Part shown: positions 1-12,784 of the stretch, one piece after another
How positions within the stretch are numbered: position 1 is the first letter of the stretch
How the letters are laid out: each line of letters begins with the position of its first letter
Source of the DNA: Antedon mediterranea
Taxonomy: Eukaryota > Animalia > Echinodermata
Direction of reading: 5' to 3'
Length of the DNA stretch: 64,000 nucleotides
NCBI RefSeq assembly: GCF_964355755.1
Contig: NC_092675.1
Location: forward strand, 22,788,912-22,852,911
Translations under genes and position numbers: made by a program
The notes under the pieces: generated by a model
Told to the model about the DNA's origin: nothing
The model's input: the letters and a program-made list of their open reading frames with translations, nothing else
The model's database searches: none

Positions 1-235
1 AATTGAGCAGAAATGCAGTCAATACAAAAATTATATTTAATTTTAAATCTATTTTAAAATAAACAGTTTTTCAGGTACAGTAGTAGTAGAGATGTTTTAT
101 TTTTACACATTTATTTTGATAATAAAAACATAAAACTAAAATAAATAGACGACGAGGGCGGCCTACATTTGTCTTATCAAGCTAGAGGCACTAGTACTAC
201 ACACTAGTCTACTACTAACTAGGCCTAGTACAACT

Positions 236-256
236 ACTCTCTCTCTCTCTCTCTCT
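236..256. repeat. (CT)n microsatellite
   Basis: Run of ctctct... seen directly. Confidence 0.85.
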
Positions 257-417
257 GGGCCTAGACTAGCCTCTAGCTAGGCTTACTATCCTATCTTTTA
301 GCTAGACTAGTTTTAGGCCTAGGCCTAGTCAAGGTTGGAGCTAGCTTTTTGCACAATTAAAAAAGGCCTATAAAAAGTATAAAACACCGATCCTAAAATA
401 CATATTGTAATGCATAC

Positions 418-439
418 CTTTACGTTTGTTTTTGCCCAT
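418..439 (-). CDS. Possible first coding exon (MGKNKRK) of a gene running off the left edge
   Basis: Minus strand reads aagaATG GGC AAA AAC AAA CGT AAA G|GTATGC: start codon, basic N-terminus and a canonical donor. No downstream exon was identified in the window. Confidence 0.3.
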
Positions 440-1260
440 TCTTACGGTTAACTATTGAATAAAATAATAGGCATATGATTTTTTAAAATGCATGTGTTTT
501 CCTGTGTTTACATCATCTTTGACGTTAAATAGCGCCCCCTCCTATCGTACTCTGTTATGTGAAAAAATTGTGAACGATTTGTTGTTGTTGATGATGATCC
601 TTCGTCAAACCCTATTTATTTCACCTTTTGATAATTTTAAACATGTGGCTCGTCCGGGAATTGAACTCGGGGCCTCTGGCACCCAAAGCGAGTATCATGC
701 CAGTAGACCAACGAGCCAATATATTATAAAGCGAAAGGATATGGAAATTACTGGTCTGTGCAGAGTTTAATACATTAGAATATACTGTGTTATCAATGCT
801 CATTCGTCAAACGTTATTTAGGCCTATTTCACTTTTTTGGTTAATTAATTATAAAATCACGTAAACAACGGGAATTGAACACGGGGCCTCTTGCACCAAA
901 AGCGAGAATCATGCCACTAGACAAACGAGCCGATCTATCAGAATTAAAAAGGATATGGGAATTACTGGTCTGTGCCGAGTTTAATACATGTAGAATAAAT
1001 ACGTTTTTCAATTCTAATTCGTCAAACGTTACTTACCTCTCGCACCCAAAGCGATGAACCCGGGGCCTCTCGCACCCAAAGCGAGAATCAAGCCACTAGA
1101 CCAACGAGCCGATCTATCAGACTAAAAAAAGATATGGAAATTACTGGTCTGTGCCGAGTTGTTTAATACATGTCGAATAAATACGTTGTTCAATGCTCAT
1201 TCGTAAATCCTTACTTATTTAACTTTTTTGGTAAATTATTTAAAGATCACGTAAAAAACG

Positions 1261-1332
1261 GGGCTCGTCCGGGAATTGAACCCGGGGCCTCTCGCACCCA
1301 AAGCGAGAATCATGCCACTAGACCAACGAGCC
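1261..1332 (-). tRNA. tRNA-Pro-TGG: tRNA-Pro(TGG), representative intact copy
   Basis: Full cloverleaf with A and B boxes, anticodon arm CTCGC-TTTGGGT-GCGAG, then CGTTTTTT terminator. Confidence 0.96.
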
Positions 1333-2148
1333 GATCTATCAGAACCAAAAAGGATATGGAAATTACTGGTCTGTGCCGAGTTTAATACATGTAGAATAAA
1401 TACGTTGTTCAATGCTAATTCTTCAAACGTAACTTACGGTAATTCACTTTTTTTGGTAAATTATCTAAAAATCACGTAAAAATCAGGGCTCGTCCGGGAA
1501 TTGAACCCGGGGCCTCTCGCACCCAAAGCGAGAATCATGCCACTAGACCAACGAGCCCATCTATCCGAATCAAAAAGGATATGGAAATTACTGGTCTGTG
1601 CCGAGTTTAATACATGTAGAATAAATACGTTGTTCAATGCTAATTCGTCAAACATCACTTATTTCACTTTTTTGATAAATTATCTAAAAATCACGTAAAA
1701 AACGGGGCTCGTCCGGGAATTGAACCCGGGGCCTCTCACACCCAAAGCGAGAATCATGCCACTAGACCAACGAGCCGACCTTATCAGAATCAAAATAGGA
1801 TATAGAAATTACTGGTCTGTGCCGAGTTGTTTAATACATGTCGAATAAATACGTTGTTCAATGCTCATTCGTAAAACCTTACTTATTTCAGTTTTTTGGT
1901 AAATTATTGAAAAATCACTTAAAAAAAGGGGCTCGTCCGGGAATTAAATCCGGGGCCTCTCGCACCCAAAGCGAGAATCATGCCACTAGACCAACGAGCC
2001 AATATATTACAAAACGAAAGGATATGGACATTACTGGTCTGTGCCGAGTTTAATACATGTAGAATAAATACGTTTTTCAATGCTAATTCGTCAAACGTTA
2101 CTTATTTCACTTTTTTTGGTAAATTATCTAAAAAGCACGTAAAAGACG

Positions 2149-2215
2149 GGGCTGGGAATTGAACCCTGGGCCTCTCGCACCCGAAGCGAGAATCATGCCA
2201 CTAGACCAACGAGCC
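2149..2215 (-). pseudogene. tRNA-Pro pseudogene (CGG anticodon, 5-nt deletion at the T-stem/acceptor stem)
   Basis: gggct[cgtcc deleted]gggaatt; loop TT-CGG-GT. The sister copy at 3724-3790 has a CGT anticodon. Confidence 0.8.
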
Positions 2216-2364
2216 GATCTATCAGAAGCAAAAAGGATATGGAAATTACTGGTCTGTGCCGAGTTTAATACATGTAGAATAAATACGTTGTTCAATGCTA
2301 AACCGTCAAACATTACTTATTTCACTTTTTTTTGGTAAATTATCTAAAAATCACGTAAAAAACG

Positions 2365-2466
2365 GGGCTCGTCCAAGAATTGAACGCGGGGCTTCTCGCA
2401 CCCAAAGCGATGAACCCGGGGCCTCTCGCACCCAAAGTGAGAATCAAGCCACTAGACCAACGAGCC
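2365..2466 (-). pseudogene. tRNA-Pro derivative with a 30-bp internal duplication (two anticodon arms)
   Basis: ...cgcacccaaagcga-tgaacccggggcctctcgcacccaaagtgag..., 102 nt. Sisters at 3940-4041 and a partial copy at ~1036-1110. Confidence 0.8.
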
Positions 2467-5400
2467 GATCTATCAGAATCAAAAAGGATATGGAAATTAC
2501 CGTGGTCTGTGCCGAGTTGTTTAATACATGTCGAATAAATACGTTGTTCAATGCTCATTCGAAAATCCTTACTTATTTAACTTTTTTGGTAAATTATTGA
2601 AAAATCACTTAAAAAAATGGGCTCGTCCGGGAATTGAACCCGGGGCCTCTCGCACCCAAAGCGAGAATCATGCCACTAGACCAACGAGCCAATATATTAC
2701 AAAGCGAAAGGATATGGAAATTACTGGTCTGTGCCGAGCTTAATACATGTAGAATAAATACGTTGTTCAATGCTAATTCGTCAAACGTTACTTATTTCAC
2801 TTTTTTTGGTAAATTATCTAAAAATCACTTATAAAACGGGGCTCGTCCGGGAATTGAACCCGGGGCCTCTCGCACCCAAAGCGAGAATCATGCCATTAGA
2901 CCAACGAGCCGATCTATCAGAATCAAAAAGGATATGGAAATTACTGGTCTGTGCCGAGTTTAATACATGTAGAATAAATACGTTGTTCAATGCTAATTCG
3001 TCAAACATTACTTATTTCACTTTTTTTGGTAAATTATCTAAAAATCACGTAAAAAACGGGGCTCGTCCGGGAATTGAACCCGGGGCCTCTCGCACCCAAA
3101 GCGAGAATCATGCCACTAGACCAACGAGCCAATATATTACAAAGGGAAAGGATATGGACATTACTGGTCTGTGCCGAGTTTAATACATGTAGAATAAATA
3201 CGTTGTTCGATGCTAATTCGTCAAACGTTACTTATTTCACTTTTTTTGGTAAATTATCTAAAAATCACGTAAAAATCGGGGCTCATCCGGGAATTGAACC
3301 CGGGGCCTCTCGCACCCAAAGCGAGAATCATGCCACTAGACCAACGAGCCGATCTATCAGAATCAAAAAGGATATGGAAATTACCGTGGTCTGTGCCGCA
3401 GTTGTTTAATACATGTCGAATAAATACGTTGTTCAATGCTCATTCGTAAAACCTTACTTATTTCAGTTTTTTGGTAAATTATTGAAAAATCACTTAAAAA
3501 AAGGGGCTCGTCCGGGAATTAAATCCGGGGCCTCTCGCACCCAAAGCGAGAATCATGCCACTAGACCAACGAGCCAATATATTACAAAGCGAAAGGATAT
3601 GGACATTACTGGTCTGTGCCGAGTTTAATACATGTAGAATAAATACGTTTTTCAATGCTAATTCGTCAAACGTTACTTATTTCACTTTTTTTGGTAAATT
3701 ATCTAAAAAGCACGTAAAAGACGGGGCTGGGAATTGAACCCTGGACCTCTCGCACACGAAGCGAGAATCATGCCACTAGACCAACGAGCCGATCTATCAG
3801 AAGCAAAAAGGATATGGAAATTACTGGTCTGTGCCGAGTTTAATACATGTAGAATAAATACGTTGTTCAATGCTAAACCGTCAAACATTACTTATTTCAC
3901 TTTTTTTTGGTAAATTATCTAAAAATCACGTAAAAAACGGGGCTCGTCCAAGAATTGAACGCGGGGCTTCTCGCAACCAAAGCGATGAAACCGGGGCCTC
4001 TCGCACCCAAAGCGAGAATCAAGCCACTAGACCAACGAGCCGATCTATCAGAATCAAAAAGGATATGGAAATTAGTGGTCTGTGCCGAGTTTAATACATG
4101 TAGAATAAATACGTTGTTCAATGCTAATTCGTCAAACATTACTTATTTCACTTTTTTTGGTAAATTATCTAAAAATCACGTAAAAAACGGGGCTCGTCCG
4201 GGAATTGAACCCGGGGCCTCTCGCACCCAAAGCGAGAATCATGCCACTAGACCAACGAGCCAATATATTACAAAGGGAAAGGATATGGACATTACTGGTC
4301 TGTGCCGAGTTTAATACATGTAGAATAAATACGTTGTTCAATGCTAATTCGTCAAACATTACTTATTTCACTTTTTTTGGTAAATTATCTAAAAATCACG
4401 TAAAAAACGGGGCTCGTCCGGGAATTGAACCCGGGGCCTCTCGCACCCAAAGCGAGAATCATGCCACTAGACCAACGAGCCGATCTATCAGAATCAAAAA
4501 GGATATGGAAATTACCGTGGTCTGTGCCGAGTTGTTTAATACATGTCGAATAAATACGTTGTTCAATGCTCATTCGTAAATCCTTACTTATTTCACTTTT
4601 TTGGTAAATTATTATAAAATCACTTAAAAAAAGAGGCTCGTCCGGGAATTGAACCCGGGGCCTCTCGCAACCAAAGCGAGAATCAGGCCACTAGACCAAC
4701 GAGCCAATATATTACAAAGCGAAAGGATATGGAAATTACTGGTCTGTGCCGAGCTTAATACATGTAGAATAAATACGTTGTTCAATGCTAATTCGTCAAA
4801 CGTTACTTATTTCACTTTTTTTGGTAAATTATCTAAAAATCACTTAAAAAACGGGGCTCGTCCGGGAATTGAACCCGGGGCCTCTCGCACCCAAAGCGAG
4901 AATCATGCCACTAGACCAACGAGCCGATCTATCAGAATCAAAAAGGATATGGAAATTACTGGTCTGTGCCGAGTTTAATACATGTAGAATAAATACGTTG
5001 TTCAATGCTAATTCATCAAACATTACTTATTTCAGTTTTTTTGGTAAATTATCTAAAAATCACGTAAAAAATGGGGCTCGTCCGGGAATTGAACCCGGGG
5101 CCTCTCGCACCCAAAGCGAGAATCATGCCACTAGACCAACGAGCCGATCTATCAGAATCAAAAAGGATATGGAAATTACTGGTCTGTGCCGAGTTTAATA
5201 CATGTAGAATAAATACGTTGTTCAATGCTAATTCGTCAAACATTACTTATTTCACTTTTTTTGGTAAATTATCTAAAAATCACGTAAAAAATGGGGCTCG
5301 TCCGGGAATTGAACCCGGGGCCTCTCGCAACCAAAGCGAGAATCATGCCACTAGACCAACGAGACGATCTATCAGAATCAAAAAGGATATGGAAATTACC

Positions 5401-5517
5401 GTGGTCTGTGCCGAGTTGTTTAATACATGTCGAATAAATACGTTGTTCAATGCTTATTCGTAAATCCTTACTTATTTCACTTTTTTGGTAAATTATTGAA
5501 AAATCACTTAAAAAATG

Positions 5518-5589
5518 GGGCTCGTCCGGGAATTGAACCCGGGGCCTCTCGCACCCTAAGCGAGAATCATGCCACTAGACCAACGAGCC
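5518..5589 (-). tRNA. tRNA-Pro-AGG: tRNA-Pro(AGG), otherwise identical to the array consensus
   Basis: + strand gcaccctaagcgag gives anticodon loop TT-AGG-GT (anticodon at 5555-5557). Confidence 0.9.
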
Positions 5590-6401
5590 AATATATTACA
5601 AAGCGAAAGGATATGGAAATTACTGGTCTGTGCCGAGCTTAATACATGTAGAATAAATACGTTGTTCAATGCTAATTCGTCAAACGTTACTTATTTCACT
5701 TTTTTTGGTAAATTATCTAAAAATCACTTAAAAAACGGGGCTCGTCCGGGAATTGAACCCGGGGCCTCTCGCACCCAAAGCGAGAATCATGCCACTAGAC
5801 CAACGAGCCGATCTATCAGAATCAAAAAGGATATGGAAATTACTGGTCTGTGCCGAGTTTAATACATGTAGAATAAATACGTTGTTCAATGCTAATTCAT
5901 CAAACATTACTTATTTCAGTTTTTTTGGTAAATTATCTAAAAATCACGTAAAAAACGGGGCTCGTCCGGGAATTGAACCCGGGGCCTCTCGCACCCAAAG
6001 CGAGAATCATGCCACTAGACCAACGAGCCGATCTATCAGAATCAAAAAGGATATGGAAATTACTGGTCTGTGCCGAGTTTAATACATGTAGAATAAATAC
6101 GTTGTTCAATGCTAATTCGTCAAACATTACTTATTTCACTTTTTTTGGTAAATTATCTAAAAATCACGTAAAAAATGGGGCTCGTCCGGGAATTGAACCC
6201 GGGGCCTCTCGCAACAAAAGCGAGAATCATGCCACTAGACCAACGAGACGATCTATCAGAATCAAAAAGGATATGGAAATTACCGTGGTCTGTGCCGAGT
6301 TGTTTAATACATGTCGAATAAATACGTTGTTCAATGCTTATTCGTAAATCCTTACTTATTTCACTTTTTTGGTAAATTATTGAAAAATCACTTAAAAAAT
6401 G

Positions 6402-6473
6402 GGGCTCGTCCGGGAATTGAACCCGGGGCCTCTCGCACCCTAAGCGAGAATCATGCCACTAGACCAACGAGCC
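6402..6473 (-). tRNA. tRNA-Pro-AGG: tRNA-Pro(AGG), second copy
   Basis: Same variant as 5518-5589, exactly 884 bp downstream. Confidence 0.9.
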
Positions 6474-9400
6474 AATATATTACAAAGCGAAAGGATATGG
6501 AAATTAGTGGTCTGTGCCGAGTTTAATACATGTAGCATAACGTTGTTCAATGCTCATTCGTAAATCCTTACTTATTTCACTTTTTTGGTAAATTATTATA
6601 AAATCACTTAAAAAAAGAGGCTCGTCCGGGAATTGAACCCGGGGCCTCTCGCACCCAAAGCGAGAATCATGCCACTAGACCAACGAGCCAATATATTACA
6701 AAGCGAAAGGATATGGAAATTACTGGTCTGTGCCGAGCTTAATACATGTAGAATAAATACGTTGTTCAATGCTAATTCGTCAAACGTTACTTATTTCACT
6801 TTTTTTGGTAAATTATCTAAAAATCACTTAAAAAACGGGGCTCGTCCGGGAATTGAACCCGGGGCCTCTCGCACCCAAAGCGAGAATCATGCCACTAGAC
6901 CAACGAGCCGATCTATCAGAATCAAAAAGGATATGGAAATTAGTGGTCTGTGCCGAGCTTAATACATGTAGAATAAAAACGTTGTTCAATGCTAATTCGT
7001 CAAACGTTACTTATTTCACTTTTTTTGGTAAATTATCTAAAAATCACTTAAAAAACAGGGCTCGTTCGGAAATTGAACCCGGGGCCTCTCGCACCCAAAG
7101 CGAGAATCATGCCACTAGACCAACGAGCCGATCCATCAGAATCAAAAAGGATATGGAAATTACCGTGGTCTGTGCCGAGTTGTTTAATACATGTCGAATA
7201 AATACGTTGTTCAATGCTCATTCGTAAATCCTTACTTATTTCACTTTTTTGGTAAATTATTGAAAAATCACTTAATAAAAGGGGCTCGTCCGGGAATTGA
7301 ACCCGGGGCCTCTCGCACCCAAAGCGAGAATCATGCCACTAGACCAACGAGCCAATATATTACAAAGCGAAAGAATATGGAAATTACTGGTCTGTGCCGA
7401 GCTTAATACATGTAGAATAAAGACGTTGTTCAATGCTAATTCGTCAAACGTTACTTATTTCACTTTTTTTGGTAAATTATCTAAAAATCACTTAAAAAAC
7501 GGGGCTCGTCCGGGAATTGAACCCGGGGCCTCTCGCACCCAAAGCGAGAATCATGCCACTAGACCATCGAGCCGATCTATCAGAATCAAAAAGGATATGG
7601 AAATTACTGGTCTGTGCCGAGTTTAATACATGTAGAATAAATACGTTGTTCAATGCTCATTCGTCAAACGTTACTTAATTCACTTTTTTTGTTAAATTAT
7701 TTTAAAATCACGTAAAAAAGGGGGATCGTCCGGGAATTGAACCCGGGGCCTGTCGCACCCAAAGCGAGAATCATGCCACTAGACCAACGAGCCGATCTAT
7801 CAGAATCAAAAAGGGATATGGAAATTATTTTGTCTGTGCCGAGTTTAATACATGTAGCATAAATACGTTTTTCAATGCTTATTCGTCAAACATTACTTAT
7901 TTCACTTTTTTTGTTAAATTATTTTAAAATCACGTAAAAAAAGGGGGACCTTCCGGGAATTGAACCCAGGGCCTCTCGCACCCAAAGCGAGAATCATGCC
8001 ACTAGACCAACGAGCCGATCTATCAGAATCAAAAAGGATTTGGAAATTACCGTGGTCTGTGCCGAGTTGTTTAATACATGTCGAATAAATACGTTGTTCA
8101 ATGCTCATTCGTAAATCCTTACTTATTTCACTTTTTTGGTATATTATTGAAAAATCACTTAAAAAAAAGGGCTCGTCCGGGAATTGAACCCAGGGCCTCT
8201 CGCACCCAAAACGAGAATCATGCCACTAGACCAACGAGCCAATATATTACAAAGCGAAAGGATATGGAAATTACTGGTCTGTGCCGAGCTTAATACATGT
8301 AGAATAAATACGTTGTTCAATGCTAATTTGTCAAACGTTACTTATTTCACTTTTTTTGGTAAATTATCTAAAAATCACGTAAAAAACGGGGCTCGTCCGG
8401 GAATTGAACCCGGGGCCTCTCGCACCCAAAGCGAGAATCATGCCACTAGACCAACGAGCCGATCTATCAGAATCAAAAAGGATATGGAAATTACCGTGGT
8501 CTGTGCCGAGTTGTTTAATACATGTCGAATAAATACGTTGTTCAATGCTCATTCGTAAATCCTTACTTATTTCACTTTTTTGGTAAATTATTGAAAAATC
8601 ACTTAAAATAAGGGCTCGTCCGGGAATTGAACCCGGGGCCTCTCGCACCCAAAGCGAGAATCATGCCACTAGACCAACGAGCCAATATATTACAAAGCGA
8701 AAGGATATGGAAATTACTGGTCTGTGCCGAGCTTAATACATGTAGAATAAATACGTTGTTCAATGCTAATTCGTCAAACGTTACTTATTTCACTTTTTTT
8801 GGTAAATTATCTAAAAATCACGTAAGAAACGGGGCTCGTCCGGGAATTGAACCCGGGGCCTCTCGCACCCAAAGCGAGAATAATGCCACTGGACCAACGT
8901 GCCGATCTATCAGAATCAAAAAGGATATGGAAATTACTGGTCTGTGCCGAGTTTAATACATGTAGAATAAATACGTTGTTCAATGCTCATTCGTCAAACG
9001 TTACTTAATTCACTTTTTTTGTTAAATTATTTTAAAATCACGTAAAAAAGGGGGATCGTCCGGGAATTGTACCCGGGGCCTGTCGCACCCAAAGCGAGAA
9101 TCATGCCACTAGACCAACGAGCCGATCTATCAGAATCAAAAAGGATACGGAAATTACCGTGGTCTGTGCCGAGTTGTTTAATACATGTCGAATAAATACG
9201 TTGTTCAATGCTCATTCGTAAATCCTTACTTATTTCACTTTTTTGGTATATTATTGAAAAATCACTTAAAAAAAAGGGCTCGTCCGGGAATTGAACCCGG
9301 GGCCTCTCGCACCCAAAGCGAGAATCATGCCACTAGACCAACGAGCCAATATATTACAAAGCGAAAGGATATGGAAATTACTGGTCTATGTGCCGAGCTT

Positions 9401-10381
9401 AATACATGTAGAATAAATACGTTGTTCAATGCTAATTCGTCAAACGTTACTTATTTCACTTTTTTGGGTAAATTATCTAAAAATCACGTAAAAAACGGGG
9501 CTCGTCCGGGAATTGAACCCGGGGCCTCTCGCACCCAAAGCGAGAATCATGCCACTGGACCAACGTGCCGATCTATCAGAATCAAAAAGGATATGGAAAT
9601 TACTGGTCTGTGCCGAGTTTAATACATGTAGAATAAATACGTTGTTCAATGCTCATTCGTCAAACGTTACTTAATTCACTTTTTTTGTTAAATTATTTTA
9701 AAATCACGTAAAAAAGGGGGATCGTCCGGGAATTGAACCCGGGGCCTGTCGCACCCAAAGCGAGAATCATGCCACTAGACCAACGAGCCGATCTATCAGA
9801 ATCAAAAAGGGATATGGAAATTATTTTGTCTGTGCCGAGTTTAATACATGTAGCATAAATACGTTTTTCAATGCTTATTCGTCAAACGCTTTTTATTTCA
9901 CTTTTTTTGTTAAATTATTTTAAAATCACGTAAAAAAAGGGGGACCTTCCGGGAATTGAACCCAGGGCCTCTCGCACCCAAAGCGAGAATCATGCCACTA
10001 GACCAACGAGCCGATCTATCAGAATCAAAAAGGATATGGAAATTACCGTGGTCTGTGCCGAGTTTAATACATGTAGCATAACGTTGTTCAATGCTAATTC
10101 GTCAAACGTTACTTATTTCACTTTTTTTGGTAAATTATCTAAAAATCACTTAAAAATCGGGGCTCGTCCGGGAATTGAACCCGGGGCCTCTCGCACCCAT
10201 TGCGAGAATCATGCCACTAGACCAACGCGCTGATCTATCAGAATCAAAAAGGATATGGAAATTACCGTGGTCTGTGCCGAGTTTAATACATGTAGAATAA
10301 ATACGTTGTTCAATGCTAATTCGTCAAACATTACTTATTTCACTTTTTTTGGTAAATTATCTAAAAATCACGTAAAAAACG

Positions 10382-10453
10382 GGGCTCGTCCGGGAATTGA
10401 ACCCGGGGCCTCTCGCACCCAAAGCGAGAATCATGCCACTAGACCAACGAGCC
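10382..10453 (-). tRNA. tRNA-Pro-TGG: tRNA-Pro(TGG), intact copy
   Basis: Identical to the consensus. Confidence 0.93.
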
Positions 10454-12316
10454 GATCTATCAGAATCAAAAAGGATATGGAAATTACCGTGGTCTGTGCC
10501 GAGTTTAATACATGTAGCATAGCTTGTTCAATGCTAATTCGTCAAACGTTACTTATTTCACTTTTTTTGGTAAATTATCTAAAAATCACTTAAAAATCGG
10601 GGCTCGTCCGGATATTGAACCCGGGGCCTCTCGCACCCAAAGCGAGAATCATGCCACTAGACCAACGAGCCGATCTATCAGAATCAAAAAGGATATGGAA
10701 ATTACCGTGGTCTGTGCCGAGTTGTTTAATACATGTCGAATAAATACGTTGTTCAATGCTCATTCGTAAATCCTTACTTATTTCACTTTTTCGGTAAATT
10801 ATTGAAAAATCACTTTAAAAAAGGGCTCGTCCGGGAATTGAACCCGGGGCCTCTCGCACCCAAAGCGAGAATCATGCCACTAGACCAACGAGCCAATATA
10901 TTACAAAGCGAAAGGATATGGAAATTACTGGTCTGTGCCGAGCTTAATACATGTAGAATAAATACGTTGTTCAATGCTAATTCGTCAAACGTTACTTATT
11001 TCACTTTTTTTGGTAAATTATCTGAAAATCACGTAAAAAACGGGGCTCGTCCGGGAATTGAACAGGGGCCTCTCGCACCCAAAGCTAGAATCATGCCACT
11101 GGACCAACGTGCCGATCTATCAGAATTAAAAAGGATATGGAAATTACTGGTCTGTGCCGAGTTTAATACATGTAGAATAAATACGTTGTTCAATGCTCAT
11201 TCGTCAAACGTTACTTAATTCACTTTTTTTGTTAAATTATTTTAAAATCACGTAAAAAAGGGGGATCGTCAGGTAATTGAACCCGGGGCCTGTCGCACCC
11301 AAAGCGAGAATCATGCCACTAGACCAACGAGCCGATCTATCAGAATCAAAAAAGGATATGGAAATTATTTTGTCTGTGCCGAGTTTAATACATGTAGCAT
11401 AAATACGTTTTTCAATGCTTTTTCGTCAAACGCTATTTATTTCACTTTTTTTGTTAAATTATTTTAAAATCACGTAAAAAAAGGGGGACCTTCCGGGAAT
11501 TGAACCCAGGGCCTCTCGCACCCAAAGCGAGAATCATGCCACTAGACCAACGAGCCGATATATTATAACGCGAAAAGATATGGAAATTACTGGTCTGTGC
11601 CGAGTTTAATACATGTAGAATAAATACGTTGTTCAATGGTCATTCGTCAAACGTTATTTTATATTTCACTACTTTGGAAAATTATTTAAAATAACTAACT
11701 AACGTACGTCTGGGAGTAAATGTCATTGTTGCATAACATTATTATTTTTATTACTGTATTATTCCATATTTTTTCCTGTTAAAATTAAACTTGGAAAGAA
11801 AGTTATAATACAGTAAAATGTAATGCATTTAAATCTATCAACATTTTATTTAAACGTATTGATCTCTAGCTTGTGACACTGTCAAGCCATATCGCCGCAA
11901 TCAATGCGTTACTCATTATTTGTTATTGTGCTAAAAAAGAAATAATAACTATATTCACACTTGAACAATAGGTAATGGTAGATAATGCACTGCATTCATT
12001 GATATGATTTAGTTACTGTGATTGTACTGTATTGTGGTTGACAAGACAACGCTTCAAAGTATAGGTCGCGCGACGGTCGCGCTGCTGTAGCTAAAGTTAG
12101 TTATAATACTTGAATACAACCTGTTGTTTTTATATTGTTGTATATATATCATTTTTTGTAGAAGGTAAGTTTAAAGACTTAGCCAATGCCTTATTGAGTG
12201 AGTTAATTATTTTCTATTACTTTTCTGTTACTTTTCCCCCTGCTCTTGTTTCTCATAAAACGAACCAAACTCGCCGTTTTTAGATGAGATAGTGCTTTTA
12301 AAATGGAAATGAATTA

Positions 12317-12642
12317 CCGTATTTATTCGAATAAACGCCCTGCTTTAAATATCCTTCTCCCTAGATAAACTCACCCCCACCCCATATAAGTCATTTGGAA
12401 TAAATCTCCCTCCCCACCTTCACAAATAAACGCCATGTCTCATGCATATACACAATTTTGAATTATAAAACATTTCTATGTGTAGTAAAATAGACTTCCA
12501 ATTATCTACAATTTTTATTTACAACATTTTAGGGAGAATGTTGATTATAGCGGGCCCCCGACTAAACCCCTTCTTTGAATAAACGCCTTGCTAAAAACTC
12601 TCCTGAACCTGAGCCTCGGGGCGTTTATTCGAATAAATACGG
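12317..12642. mobile_element. Tc1/mariner-pogo-like MITE
   Basis: 24-bp terminal inverted repeats CCGTATTTATTCGAATAAACGCCC ... GGGCGTTTATTCGAATAAATACGG, with TA on the left (TG on the right). Confidence 0.75.
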
Positions 12643-12784
12643 TGATACTGGGAAAAAGCCCACCAACCCCTACCCACCCCACTTTATCTATTCTCTAAGA
12701 AGCCTCTCTCTAAATATATTTCAGTGAAGTATAGAGGGCGGAATAGTAGTAAACATGGGAAATATTGCATTTCGGGAAGACAAA

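Larger units (their letters stand above)
600..11680 (-). tRNA. tRNA-Pro: Tandem array of ~50 tRNA-Pro genes/pseudogenes, ~220-bp unit
   Basis: Unit reverse complement is GGCTCGTTGGTCTAGTGGCATGATTCTCGCTT-TGG-GTGCGAGAGGCCCCGGGTTCAATTCCCGGACGAGCCC (72 nt, eukaryotic tRNA-Pro) followed by a T run. Consensus-identical TGG copies start (+ coordinate) at 1261, 1486, 2619, 3059, 4190, 4410, 4854, 5074, 5738, 5958, 6838, 7282, 8389, 8612, 9276, 10382 and 10823. First copy 646-717, last 11485-11556. Confidence 0.97.

Noticed and set aside
492-11636. Dozens of similar short ORFs ([15 protein letters not shown]..., [18 protein letters not shown]...)
   Set aside because: They are translations of the tRNA repeat unit, and their frames break from unit to unit.
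600-11680. CRISPR-like repeat-spacer array
   Set aside because: The spacers are near-identical, the repeat is a tRNA gene, the context is eukaryotic and there are no cas genes.
600-11680. Tandem tRNA-derived SINEs rather than tRNA genes
   Set aside because: Many copies are complete 72-nt cloverleaves immediately followed by a terminator, with no SINE body or tail.
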